64,000 nt of DNA, taken from the NCBI RefSeq assembly GCF_964355755.1, contig NC_092675.1, positions 20,184,912 to 20,248,911 on the forward strand, in the 5' to 3' direction. A model generated the notes under the pieces. It was not told where the DNA came from. It made no database searches and was given only the letters and a program-made list of their open reading frames with translations. Source of the stretch: Antedon mediterranea. Lineage: Eukaryota > Animalia > Echinodermata. Positions within the stretch are counted from its first letter, which is position 1; every line of letters starts with the position of its first letter. This document shows, piece by piece, positions 13,191 to 25,225 of this stretch. The position numbers were made by a program, and so were the translations under genes.

Positions 13191-15339
13191 AAACACATAT
13201 GAAATGTCTCTTGTATATTAAATATAAGTTATTTTCACATTCAGTACACACCCATATAGCAATTGTACAACAGACATACGGACAGGAAGGAACGCATTCA
13301 ACCTCAAGGTAAATATAACATATCTAATTAAAGCTACTACGAGGTAAAATCTAATAACATATGAACTTTTTTTGAAGGAGACAATTAACGATATGAATAT
13401 TATGTAATTAATTTATCCTTCACTAAATAAGATGACTATGATAATCTGATTGAGATTATACGTTGCACAACGGGGAAGTAGTTTCAATCCGCTTTGACTG
13501 TCTGTCAACGAAATGGATGCTTATTTTAAAAATATTCTCTAGTCTATGTATAATCGGAACAAATGCATCAAATGAGTCATGGGGAAGGATTAATTTAGAT
13601 AAACTTCAGTAAAATAAGTAATCCATAAAAAGAAAATAAAGTTTTTAAAATGTAGTGACTTTAGTATAACCATACCCCCCTCCCCTTCTTTCCCTTACCA
13701 TACTGTATTTGAACATACCGCCTGGAGGGTTGAGGAAAATTTGTGATTTCATTTAGAATGGAATTTACCAAAGTCTTCTGTCCAACTTTAGCCTAAATTA
13801 GTGGATGGAGTTATATACATTTAAGCATGGAATTGTAATTCATAATGTATATTCTTGCGATATACATTCAACATAAACAAAAAGTGACATATTAGACTCT
13901 TTAGTACTCTATTATTTGATGGATGATTTCAAATGTTAAGTATAGCATAGAGATATTATAGTGAACACTATAATATCTCTTTGAGTATAATGACATCAAC
14001 AAAGTTTGCCTGATAACATTTACCATTCAAACAAACAAAATACAGGATGTGTATATAAACTCACCACATACAGGTCTACTACTTCTTTGAGAAATATTTA
14101 GTCACAAAAAAACAAAATTTCAATGTTATACCAGGGAAGAGTGAAATTACTCTTTCCTGGTTAATACTAATTTTGTGTAATCATTACAGTCAACAATATT
14201 CAGGGGATTCCATTTATTCATTCATTTCTTTATTTCGGATAGTACATCCATATACAAATCAAACAAAAAAAAAAACAAGAAGAGAAACAATTACACTAGA
14301 AAATTAACAATATCAGAAACTTCCACAAAAACTAACCTACAATATCCTAAAAAACCAATTTGCACCAACGCTGATGTGGGTTAGATTATTAAAGTATTAT
14401 TAAGAAGACACTTTTAGTTTCCAAAGTTTCCTTAATTTAATAGGTGTTCTACTAAGTAAAATACAATACATTTATACAAAATATATAACAATTAAAAAAG
14501 GTTAGAGAAGGTTTACTTCCTGTCAATTTTATTTTTTTTTAAATGATATAAAAGAATAAGATTTTTTAACTAAGGGACCCTTTGTAAATATCAACAAAAA
14601 ACCCCAAATCTTCAAACTTAGCCTTTTAAAAATGCATTCACCTCTTTGAATGGTGCTTTTAAAACCAATTTAATAACAACAATTCTTCTTATTGCAATAA
14701 AAAGAAACAGACCTCCAATTTACCCTTTGGATGTACAATACCCCATACATAAAGCACTTTATAGATTAACAGAACTGGACATATTTAAGAAAACTCAACA
14801 GCCGTGACTGCTAAAAGTTTGTGTCATGGTCGACACAAGATACTGAGTTAAAATCCTGACCCTATCATAAAAGTGATAAAAATCAATAAACTTTAATAGC
14901 ATCCTTTTGTTAAAAGTTGTGCCACTCACGTGTAATGGTGATGCAAGAATGCAAAAAGAAAAGAAATACAAAAACTATTTATAATATAAAATGAGCAAAT
15001 AAACTTATAAAATTAACAAATTATACCATAAAATAAAAAACAGCACCTTTATTCAAATACAAGAAAGTACTAAGTATTTATATATTTTGTTAACATTTTG
15101 TATCAATTGCAAAAATCACCAAAAAAGAATTACATTCACAACAGCATCGAACATTGAAACACGAGTCAATGCAAAGGTAGTAAAATAGACATGAAAACAT
15201 AAAATACCAAAATCTATATAAAATATCATCATTAAAATAAAAACGATTGTGAGTACCTAAATCAACACCAGTACATACTAATTAAGTTAAATAACATTCA
15301 TTTTTCAATTATGATATTATTGTTAAAGTTCAACAAACT

Positions 15340-15561
15340 ATTACTATCAAACTAGTTTGACAAAAAAAGTGTGATATGTACCCAAATATGGTAGTGATAT
15401 GCCCAAATATGGTAGTGATATGCCCAAATATGGTAGTGATATGCCCAAATATGGTAGTGATATGCCCAAATATGGTAGTGATATGCCCAAATATGGTAGT
15501 GGTATCATGTTCATATATAGCATTTGTTTGTCACTTTGATACTGTAGTGTAGACAGAGCTT
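15340..15561. mobile_element. AGCTCTGTCTACAC-terminated MITE with internal 21-bp minisatellite
   Basis: About six copies of GTGATATGCCCAAATATGGTA (15370-15503); the right end GTAGACAGAGCT abuts TAA; related pieces at ~6585-6603, 17718-17819, 30184-30282 and 54098-54152. Confidence 0.7.
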
Positions 15562-15601
15562 AAGAATCTGTCTTCTTTGCAGAAATAGTTGAAAGAGCAT
15601 A

Positions 15602-16920
15602 TCTATATATAAATTTACGTAAGGGCAAAATTCGGTAAATCTCGGTTTATTTCTAGAATTTCTACTCGATGGTATATAAAGTTGGTTCATACTTTCGGTA
15701 CTGATTTTAACCATCTGATGTAACCCTGTTTACTAATTAAATTGAGTTAGGTAATTAGTTATTGATGATTAAAACGAATTTAGGTTCAACGATTTGCCCC
15801 AAATAGGGGTGTTTTCCGATCGTGGTATACACTGTCTAATGGATGTCCATCTTGAAAAATACCCGCCACAAAAATACGAGGAGGCTTCGCATTTTCCTAT
15901 CTCCTCCTACGATAATTGTTTTTAATAGCTGAAAACTGGTTGAACAGCTAGAGTACAGCATCATAATGTTGAAGACAGGCCGATTTTCTTAAAAAAATAC
16001 TATTTTGATAGATTTAATATACGATTATACAAATGTATTGATTTGCAATGAATGGAACATTCCAATCTCTGTTTCACAAGTGTCTATTCCCTCAGGCGTC
16101 GTAAAGGCAAGTACAGTACTGTATACTCGAAATTCGATCCATTTTTGTTTTCAATCTGTGCTGCAGAGGTTGGATATAATTTTTTTTTAAACAGATAATG
16201 AGCTAGCGTTTTCAGTCGCCGTATATTATGTACAAATCTTTATTATTGCAGTTAAACCACCCACATCATCACCTTTCCCTCACTGGCATGAGTAGCGTTG
16301 TAAAACCAGTAGAGAATAGGCCTACGGTACATCACATGCCCTAAACGCAGAACAACTTTGGTGGGTAGGGTAGGAACCAACTTAAGTATGAATTGGCTCT
16401 AAGAAACAATTGAAAACCATTAGGCCTACTAATTAAGTTGAGTTAGATAATTTAATATTTATTGACGATTAAATCGAATTTATGATTTTCCCCGAATAGA
16501 GGTGGTTTTCACAAATTGTTTTACATTATATTATAAACATATACACGTCGTAGTGATGTATCGTTACATGTGCTGTACTATTTCAATCGACTAGGACGGT
16601 GATAGTTTCAACAAAGTATTACATCGCAATGTTTTACTGTGTTTAGTGGTATATTATTTGTAAAACATGAAAGCAATTAATATTTCGTTACTAAATGGAT
16701 AAAGAATATATTTTAACATTGTTCCTCTTTGCACCCATCCTCTTCCCCATCCCTCAACCCTGTCTATTTATTCGTTCCTGTACACGACATGTAATATTAT
16801 TGTCCTGCGGTACGTACATTTGAAATCGCCAGTTTTTTAACGCTGAAATTATTATGTATTCGAGAACCATCTGTGGGCACGACCTAGATGGTACGCGAGC
16901 GAAGCGAGCGTACCATTTAG
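15602..16920 (+). mobile_element. non-autonomous Helitron, copy 2
   Basis: A|TCTATATATAAATTTACG start; 3' hairpin GGTACGCGAGC-GAA-GCGAGCGTACC then TTAG|T; the first ~470 bp are the reverse complement of ~11105-11575. Confidence 0.8.
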
Positions 16921-18786
16921 TATTTATAATTGAGATAATCAGACTCTAAATGCGAAAGGCCTTTTTACAGACTCTTTTAGGGTTTTTTCCATCCTGTAAT
17001 TCCAGCCAATTACTTGTTGTTGAATGTGTTAAAATAAAAAAGAAATGTCCATCATCATCATCAACAGTACTTAATAGCAATATAATTTCCACTAATGCAT
17101 TTCCTATTTAATAGTTGTTAAAATTATAAATGAAAAGTGGTGAACCCTAAACTTTCATGGACAAACCACACTTAAAAACTTTAAAACCTTTTAATGAAGG
17201 AAGACAATTCAGTTTAGTATTCAATGAATTGAGTAGGATTAACTGTGTATTTAACAATTGACAAATTTGTCAAAAGAAAATCACTATATGAAGCATGCAG
17301 TACCATTACAAATGAACTGAATGAATACATCAGCTTGTAACCAACATTATTTACAATATATAGTGGCTTTCCATCAGATCATCTAATCATCAGGGAGGAG
17401 AAGGGGAGAGCGCTGAACTGGTTTCCCCCCCCCCCCCCTTCTTCATGGATCCACCTTCCAACTCCCCCTTTTAAAATAAGTTAAAAGTGACTTATAGTTT
17501 GCTCTTAAATGTTTCTTATTTCAACTATAATATGCAGCTGATAGACATTCATATCCTTCAACAAGACCTCTTATACCTTGGCCCCATCCATGATGGAAAT
17601 GAGGTATAGTGCACTGTGTTTCCTCCATTTTCTTATATCTTAGCCTCAGAAAGGTCAGGTACTGTAGGCCTAGATTGACTATTGAATTTATTACAAAACA
17701 TTATTATATCTAAATATCTGTCTACACTACACTACAAAATGTCATGATGTCATATCACTACCATATTTGGGGTTATCACATTTTTTTGTCAAACTAGTTT
17801 GATAGTGTAGACAGAGCTTGAGACATCGTAAAAATGGTCTATAAATTCAGGGGTTGATCCAAAGGGGAAGCCATTGGGTGGAGCGCTTCCCTATTTTAAC
17901 AGCTAAAAATAACATTAACTTTTTGATATTATTAATAAATTGTTAGCTGATCCCCTGTTTAAAAAATCATAGATCCGTCTCTAAAATTCATTGAAATACG
18001 AGAAAGCATCTTTAGCAGTAGCCCCCAGACTGCTCAGTAGGGGTGCTCTGTGGGGTGCTATACCCATATCATACTCACTGAAATCAATGTTTTGTTCAGC
18101 CATGACATGTGACAGGATGTAGTCCAATTCCCTCCTGATTTTTGTGCAAAACACCTGAGCATGGGGACAAATATAATGGTTCTCATGTAACATGATAGAC
18201 AACTCAAACCAGATTTCTTTCAAAACATAAATGCAGAGAATTATGTAATTGATATGTACTGGTAAAATAAAATAAACATATTATATCGCATAATGAATAC
18301 ATAACAGGCATTGGTTAAAAATTGATTTTGATATCAATATAAAAACATGATATTCAATACCACAGGGGTCAGTTATTTATTTCAAGGTATTTGCAATTAG
18401 CGAAACGGAATGCCTATTAAACTAAATAGGCAAGTTTAATCCGTGAAACCAGTTAAGCCCATCACTCTAAAGGCTTTCTATTGAATTAAATTGTGGTCAT
18501 AAATCTATCAAGTAAAAGTATATTATCTATATTTAGAACTTGTTGATTGATTAATAGAAAGTACAAGAATAAAAAATAATCTTGTAAAGTTTATCTTGAC
18601 AATCAAATAATTAGATAACCTAATTCAGGTTAAATCATGAATTTGGAGTTTCTTGAAATGGCAAAAAAAAATCTTAAATGCATATTGAATTACTAGAATG
18701 ACATGGAATAAAGATAAACCTAAAGTGCATACCCATATGTAAGTCAATTGGGTCCCTTCTTCCCCTTTCTTGCTGCATCTTACTTT

Positions 18787-18960
18787 CAGCGAGTGAGTGG
18801 ACGAGCGGTTAAGACAGTGGAACCATAGCATCAGCAAGGGTTCAATGCTCACTCGCTCCATAGTTCTGGTGGTAGAACGAGTCTTCTCGGCTAAGGACTA
18901 TAAACCATAGATCCAGTGTACACATCTGCTTCATGTGCACTGTACACACATAAGAACGGT
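18787..18960 (+). mobile_element. tRNA-derived SINE with Deu/Nin-like central domain (degenerate)
   Basis: TGGACGAGCGG A box and GGTTCAATGC B box, then GTCTTCTCGGCTAAGGACTATAAACCATAGATCC...GTGCAC..AAGAAC, which resembles the Deu/Nin domain as recalled. Confidence 0.5.
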
Positions 18961-19564
18961 AGAAGACCTGTGTAAAAAGATAAAGCAACAAATCTGTGTC
19001 CTCTCCTTAAATAGAAAAAAAAAAACAGGTTAAGGCGGGTTCGAATTTGTGGTGTAAGCGGTGCTAAGCCATGCAAACTGTGGTAAGGCTACTTAACACC
19101 AAGTGACAGACAGATCAATACTACTGACATCTGAGACAGGGAACCTGATCTTATTAATTCATATGGATAAACATAATCCCTTCAAATCCCGAGGGAAAGA
19201 AGACTTTGCCGAAATGTTTAACATAATCATTCTATAATCTATTCAGATAAAGACGATCAGTAGCATAGCCTCCTTTCTCCTTTCTATTTATGCAGCAGGC
19301 ATGTGTTTATGCATTTTGACTCATAACACAACATACATAAGTACATCTAACATTCAGAAATAAATAGTGTGTAAATTTGATTGGAATCTGATTATTTAAA
19401 TGATTATTTGTGACCGTTTGCAGCAATGTCTGCTATACCTGTAGGTTTTCTTTGATTTGTTTTAAAACATTGGATAAAATACAGGGTTGATTGTACGATG
19501 GTGTACATTGTCCAGCAGCCTGATGTTTTTGCAGACTGGAAGCGATCAGGCTTTTATGGGAGAA

Positions 19565-19714
19565 GAAAGTTACATAATATGGAACATCTGGCCTCAAAGC
19601 TGAGCTGTCATGGCTGGGAAACATATTGGCACAATTTGCAGCTGGATCTTGCAAAGGATAACCACTAACTGCGGGTCCTAAATGGCACAGTGAAACCACA
19701 ACAAAGCAACACAT
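19565..19714 (-). pseudogene. Reeler-domain N-terminal fragment (exon or relic)
   Basis: Hydrophobic leader, then GYPLQDPAANCANMFPSHDSSALRPDVPYYVT = Y-x4-P-x3-C-x2-M-x-P-x-H-x9-PY-x2-T, the spacing of Reeler/defense-protein N-termini. Similarity is lost after YYVT. Confidence 0.55.
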
Positions 19715-22700
19715 AAAATAAAAGCCAGTGTTTTCAACTTGCTATAATTAATTTCAGTAATGTCCGTAGTATACAAAATGTCAGTAACCTTTAACATGTC
19801 ACGTTAAAGATTCACATATTTTCGAGCGCGAGCTGAGTTGTGTAGTGTTGTTTGACGCATCATGAAAACAAAGGCCACCATTCTCTTTTTTTACTCATAC
19901 TGTCGTGAAAATGTGTGATTTTTCCATAATTTTAAGTTTATATGTATTTCTATATTTATCTCCATTTCTGTAGGCTCATATTGGATAAAATTTCCGTAGC
20001 AATTCGACATTCAGTAGTACTTGAGAACTCTTAAAAAGGAGACAACCAGAAAACTTCTTATAGCTGTCTACATAATGTCAACTTAATCCAAGACCAAAAT
20101 GGTCCGCAATATTTATACAAATACATCATTCATAAAGACAAAATCATTCTTAATGAAAATTTTATGAAACATTTATTATACACCATCAAAATTACACAAT
20201 GTATAAAGAGAGAAAAAAATAAATGTATACAAATCACCTATTATTAACAAATTACCTCATGAAAAAAATAAACTGAGGCTGCTATTATACATATTTGTTT
20301 ATTAATACAAATATCACTTTATCCCTTTTATATATATAATATGTCACCATATTCTTTAATATTTATATATGTACCCTCCTAGCCCTTACATTTACACTTC
20401 TGATTTATTTAATTTTTTTTGAATTTGTTAAGTATGTATAATATGTAATTGTTGTAATAAATACAATGGCAGTGAAAAAAGGCCATTTGGTTTATTTCCT
20501 GCCTAATATACAATATACCCCTACCTACCAGTAAATAGCTAATTTGGTGTCCCATCTTGTAGATAAACACAACAATCCTGAACTTCTAGTACATAATTTG
20601 TTACCTATAGTACTATATCATTTATTTTAAAACCACCTTGGTCCCGACTGCTGCTACAAAAAAATACAATAAATTAAAAAAATAATGCAAACAATGAGTG
20701 TAACTTTGTAGAATTTAAAGTTAATATAAATATACGAGAAGAATTAAAGATTTATAAATTCAATTTTTAAACAGTATGATTTATGTTAATAATTATCAAA
20801 GATAATAACAGGATTATTTATAATTAAACTGAAGGATTATCTTATTTATTTTTTAATTTATAATTCTTTTCATTGATAATTTATTGTTACGATATCCTGA
20901 TAATAGCATGCACAATAATTGAAAATTGAATTTCATTTATATCAAATAATACTTAGCAATATTTTGAAGTTTAGTAACAACAAAGGAAGTACTGTACTGT
21001 ATGTACATACTGTAAATGTCACTTGAAAGGAAATGTAGTAATCATATCAAGCAACCTACATACACCCTTGATCTGAAAAACTCAAACAGGACATGAATTT
21101 AAAAACAATAGATTGAACAAGATAAAAGAGTATATAAAATCACCTCATGAAAAATATAAGAGGTTTATCTTCATGTCATAGCTAATATAGATCCTTCATA
21201 TGGGTTGACCTTTTGTCAAGTTCAAAGGCATATCCCATATGGTAACCAGACTTATAAATATTATTATTCATCCTAGGGTTTAAAGGTCAAAGTTGACACA
21301 CAAAAAACATACTGTGGGTATAATTTTATATCGCTATGACTTTACACAACCATGGTATAAACAACTAATGGTTTAAAATTTGTTACAAACAATTAAAATA
21401 AATTGAATTTTTCACTAAAACAATTATAATTCTTGTTGGCAAAAATACCATGCTTTGTTGTCGTGAATATGGACACATTTATTATCTCTTTTTTTTAAAC
21501 TCAAAAACATCTTAGACATGAACATAATGTTTAATTGGAGAATAAAACAAATTATACTCGGAAGACATGATTAAATGTAGCACATTCATGGTCAAGGTTC
21601 ATACATTACAAATAATAATAATATATTTGTAATTTCCTTTCACCTGAATATTATTTTAAAATCTATAAAAATATGATTCAGTTACTGTATACCTAGATGT
21701 GATAATATTACTTTCAAAATAAATAAATTTCTGTTACAATTTACAGTACTACATTTTAAGACAGTTATTGAACATGGTTGATCAAAATAGAAACATACAG
21801 AAATATCTAATATTTTCTCAGAATTTTGTCTCAAATCCTGGTGTGAATCTGGTAGGTGAAGATTGTGATGGGGTAAGAAAGTTGGGGTTGACTTACCATG
21901 CCCATCTTGCTCATGACATTACACATAACTATTATAATTAAAACAAACATGATATTTCCATCATATTCTCCTCACAACCACATTCTAAATTCATTTTAAG
22001 AATATGGTTTATACATATTATTGCTAATAATACACACTACAACATCTATTTTACTACTTAAAAGTGTTTAAAATGTAGTAATCAAAACAAGAAATACAAT
22101 TTTAAAATGTACACATAAATAACTATTTAAATAGACATACAGCTTTTAACAATAAATATATGTCCAATTAAACTATGGAATCACTATCTTTTTTCATTAA
22201 AAATTAAAAAAAAAACATATTCTTTGCACATTTCATACTGTAGAAAATTAAATTAATATTCTAGCACCAAAAAAAAAATTGAATAATGGTCATTACAATT
22301 TTAATTGAGAAAATGAGTTGTGGTGAAAATGGTGGCAATAGTTCCAATAACTTCAAAGCACTCTTAAGTTCCTAAAAGCCGACATTTAAAATTGCATTGA
22401 AATAATATACAAAAATATAGGAAATATGATTTGTGATTTAACAAATGACATAAAAAATATATATACTAAATGTATAAAAAAGAGTTTTGATAACTTTCCC
22501 ACTCTGAAGATACTCTGCTGAGCAGTAATACTTCAATTTTTTGTGACAGCAAGTTGTGTTATGCTTTAAACTGGGTTCTTTTTCAACATGATGCTACAAA
22601 CATTTGAATAACATTGTTATATTTCTGATCATAGAAGATTTCTTTTTCGTTTCTATTTAACATGAAAATAAATCTGACACCAATGCAACAGATACTAAGA

Positions 22701-22856
22701 ATTACATTTTGTGTAGTTGCGGAAGCTATCACAAATTCAGATGACAACACATTCAACAAGCATACTGATCAAGGATGATGACACACAATTTAAATAAATC
22801 AACAAATAATAAGATGAGTGAGAGAATGCAGAATACTAGCAATACTTTTGGAATCT

Positions 22857-24401
22857 TCAGGCTGCAGTTGGTTCTTTTTTATACTTATCTAGCATTTTCA
22901 CAAGTTGTGCATTACTAGCGTATGTCCCAGCTTTTGACCCTAAGCACATATGATACTGACGTTGATCGATGTTTTCATCGCATACTACATTGTGGTAAAT
23001 ATGCACAAGTCCAGGATCAGGTGCACGGAATATAGTTAAATTGCTAGAAACAAATTTTTGAAATAGGTCAACGTCTTCCAGACCCCAACCAATGATTGAT
23101 GCATCCATCCCGCCTACTGTATTCAGGTCTTCGTTGTATAGACAAACCAGACCATAACCATAATGGCGAAAAAATCCCAAATCTTTCCCAATAACAAGCG
23201 GGCTGTTTGGTCGCATATTCTGTCCATAAACTACATTTGGATTATACTGGCTAAAAACTTCGGGAAAATAAACTTGTTTACCACGCTTTGTATTTTCCCT
23301 ACATCTATCTAGGAAGCCTTCAGATAAATACATATCGACGTCTACAAAAAACATCAACGCATTGCTTAAGTACTGCGAAGCACCAAGTTGTAACGCTAAT
23401 CCCCTCGAGAAATCGCCAATTGCACGTAGAACTCGCAACTCCGTCCATGGATAGCGTACTTGATAACTAGCGACCAGCTGTTCTATTTCCGCTGACGGAT
23501 CATTCTCTGGCGCTTTGAATAAAACAATTAAAAGTTTAACGTTCTCTTTTAGTAGAAGGCACGTTTGTTCAAAGTTTGACATGAATCGCTGGAAAGTATC
23601 ATATCTACCAGACAGAGGCATTATAAAGTGAATTGCCTCTTTGACTTGTCTTCTTTGGTTTAAATAATATAAACTTTTTACTGGCGACAAAATAGAGTTT
23701 TGAGATAGACTCTCCGACTCTTTGATAAATTTTTTACTAAGCTCTTCGTTGTCGATGAATTGAATTTCACAGAACGACTGTTGGACATAAAGGTGACGAC
23801 GCACTGGAAGCTTCCGTGTCTTTCCTTTATGTTTATTATATATAAGTAATAAATCAAGAATGTAATCCACGCCAAAGTGCGGAACTACTCTTGTATATCC
23901 ATACAAAATTTCTTTAAAATCAACGACTCTTCCTACTTTCATAGAGTTCGCATTTGTAAGCAGCATAACTTGTAGAATAATATCCTCCATAGCAGATACT
24001 AATGGCTTGCTATTTCTTTTTCTTGGTAAGTCAGTTTTTTCACTGAATGTAAATTTGGACATAAATTGCCACGCTAAAACATCTTCATGTTTTTCAGGTA
24101 AGTACTTCACCAATCCTGGTTTTAAACCAAGTTTAGCGGTAATTGAATCAAATTTTCTTCCACTACGATCAATTTTTTCATTAAGTATGTTTTTCATACT
24201 AAGCATTTCTCGGTGTAGGTGGAACTTTTTTAGTTGATAATCCATTGCTTTAATTGACATTAAATAAGTATGTAGACGGTACATATATGGTGTCCGTTTG
24301 ATGGGATGTAACGTGATAGCTTTGTGAACGTCGGCAGTTCTTAAATTCCCTGTGTATGCGGTGTCCGATTGGCTGTAATTATTGTAGAATAATGACTGCA
24401 T
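22857..24401 (-). CDS. CHSY1: chondroitin sulfate synthase 1-like, coding exon 2
   Basis: ttttctag/ATG phase-0 acceptor; MQSLFYNNY..AITLHP, GVDYILDLLL, FSRGLAL, FFVDVD, VYFPEVFSQY, GWGLEDVDL and GLVHIYH (CHGN GalNAc-transferase domain). Confidence 0.93.
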   Translation of the reverse strand: MQSLFYNNYSQSDTAYTGNLRTADVHKAITLHPIKRTPYMYRLHTYLMSIKAMDYQLKKFHLHREMLSMKNILNEKIDRSGRKFDSITAKLGLKPGLVKYLPEKHEDVLAWQFMSKFTFSEKTDLPRKRNSKPLVSAMEDIILQVMLLTNANSMKVGRVVDFKEILYGYTRVVPHFGVDYILDLLLIYNKHKGKTRKLPVRRHLYVQQSFCEIQFIDNEELSKKFIKESESLSQNSILSPVKSLYYLNQRRQVKEAIHFIMPLSGRYDTFQRFMSNFEQTCLLLKENVKLLIVLFKAPENDPSAEIEQLVASYQVRYPWTELRVLRAIGDFSRGLALQLGASQYLSNALMFFVDVDMYLSEGFLDRCRENTKRGKQVYFPEVFSQYNPNVVYGQNMRPNSPLVIGKDLGFFRHYGYGLVCLYNEDLNTVGGMDASIIGWGLEDVDLFQKFVSSNLTIFRAPDPGLVHIYHNVVCDENIDQRQYHMCLGSKAGTYASNAQLVKMLDKYKKEPTAA

Positions 24402-24485
24402 CTAGAAAAGTAAATTTTAAAAAATTTTAGTTTATGATGGGATTAAAGACATGAATTAAATTAATGCTTATAATATAGTCATTTT

Positions 24486-25225
24486 GGGTATTGCTAAACA
24501 CCGCAAACCCCGCAAACCCCCGCAAACCTCAAAAAAAACATAGCAAACCCCACCGAACCAACATAAAAGTGATTGAATCATGTAGTGTACAACCCACTGG
24601 GTATATCCATGTAAAAAAAATATTAAATTTCTACTGTTAACAACTTATTTTTGGGGTAAAACATCATTTTTTGGTCAAAAATGATTGTTAAACCCCGCAA
24701 ACCTCCAAAAAACCATAGCAAACCCCACCGAACCAACATTAAAGTGATTGAATAATGTAGTGTACGACCCACTGGGTATATAAATATTAAATTTCTACTG
24801 TTAACTACTTTTTTGCGGATAAAACATCATTTTTTGGTTAAAAATTAGCAATCATTTTTTACCAAAAAATGATGTTTTACCCCAAAAATAAATAGTTAAC
24901 AGTAGAAATTTAATATTTTTTTTACATGGATATACCCAGTGGGTTGTACACTACATGATTCAATCACTTTTATGTTGGTTCGGTGGGGTTTGCAATATTT
25001 TTTTGGAGGTTTGCGGGGTTTAGCAATCAATTTTGACCAAAAAATGATGTTTTACCCCAAAAATAAGTTGTTAACAGTAGAAATTTAATTTTTTTTTTAC
25101 ATGGATATACCCAGTAGGTTGTACACTACATGATTCAATCACTTTTATGTTGGTTCGATGGGGTTTGCTATGTTTTTTTGGAGGTTTGCGGGGGTTTGCG
25201 GGGTTTGCGGTGTTTAGCAATACCC
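24486..25225. mobile_element. 740-bp foldback element with 8-bp TSD
   Basis: GGGTATTGCTAAACACCGCAAACCCC termini in inverted orientation; each arm is two tandem ~180-bp units; GTCATTTT duplicated at 24478-24485 and 25226-25233. Confidence 0.9.
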
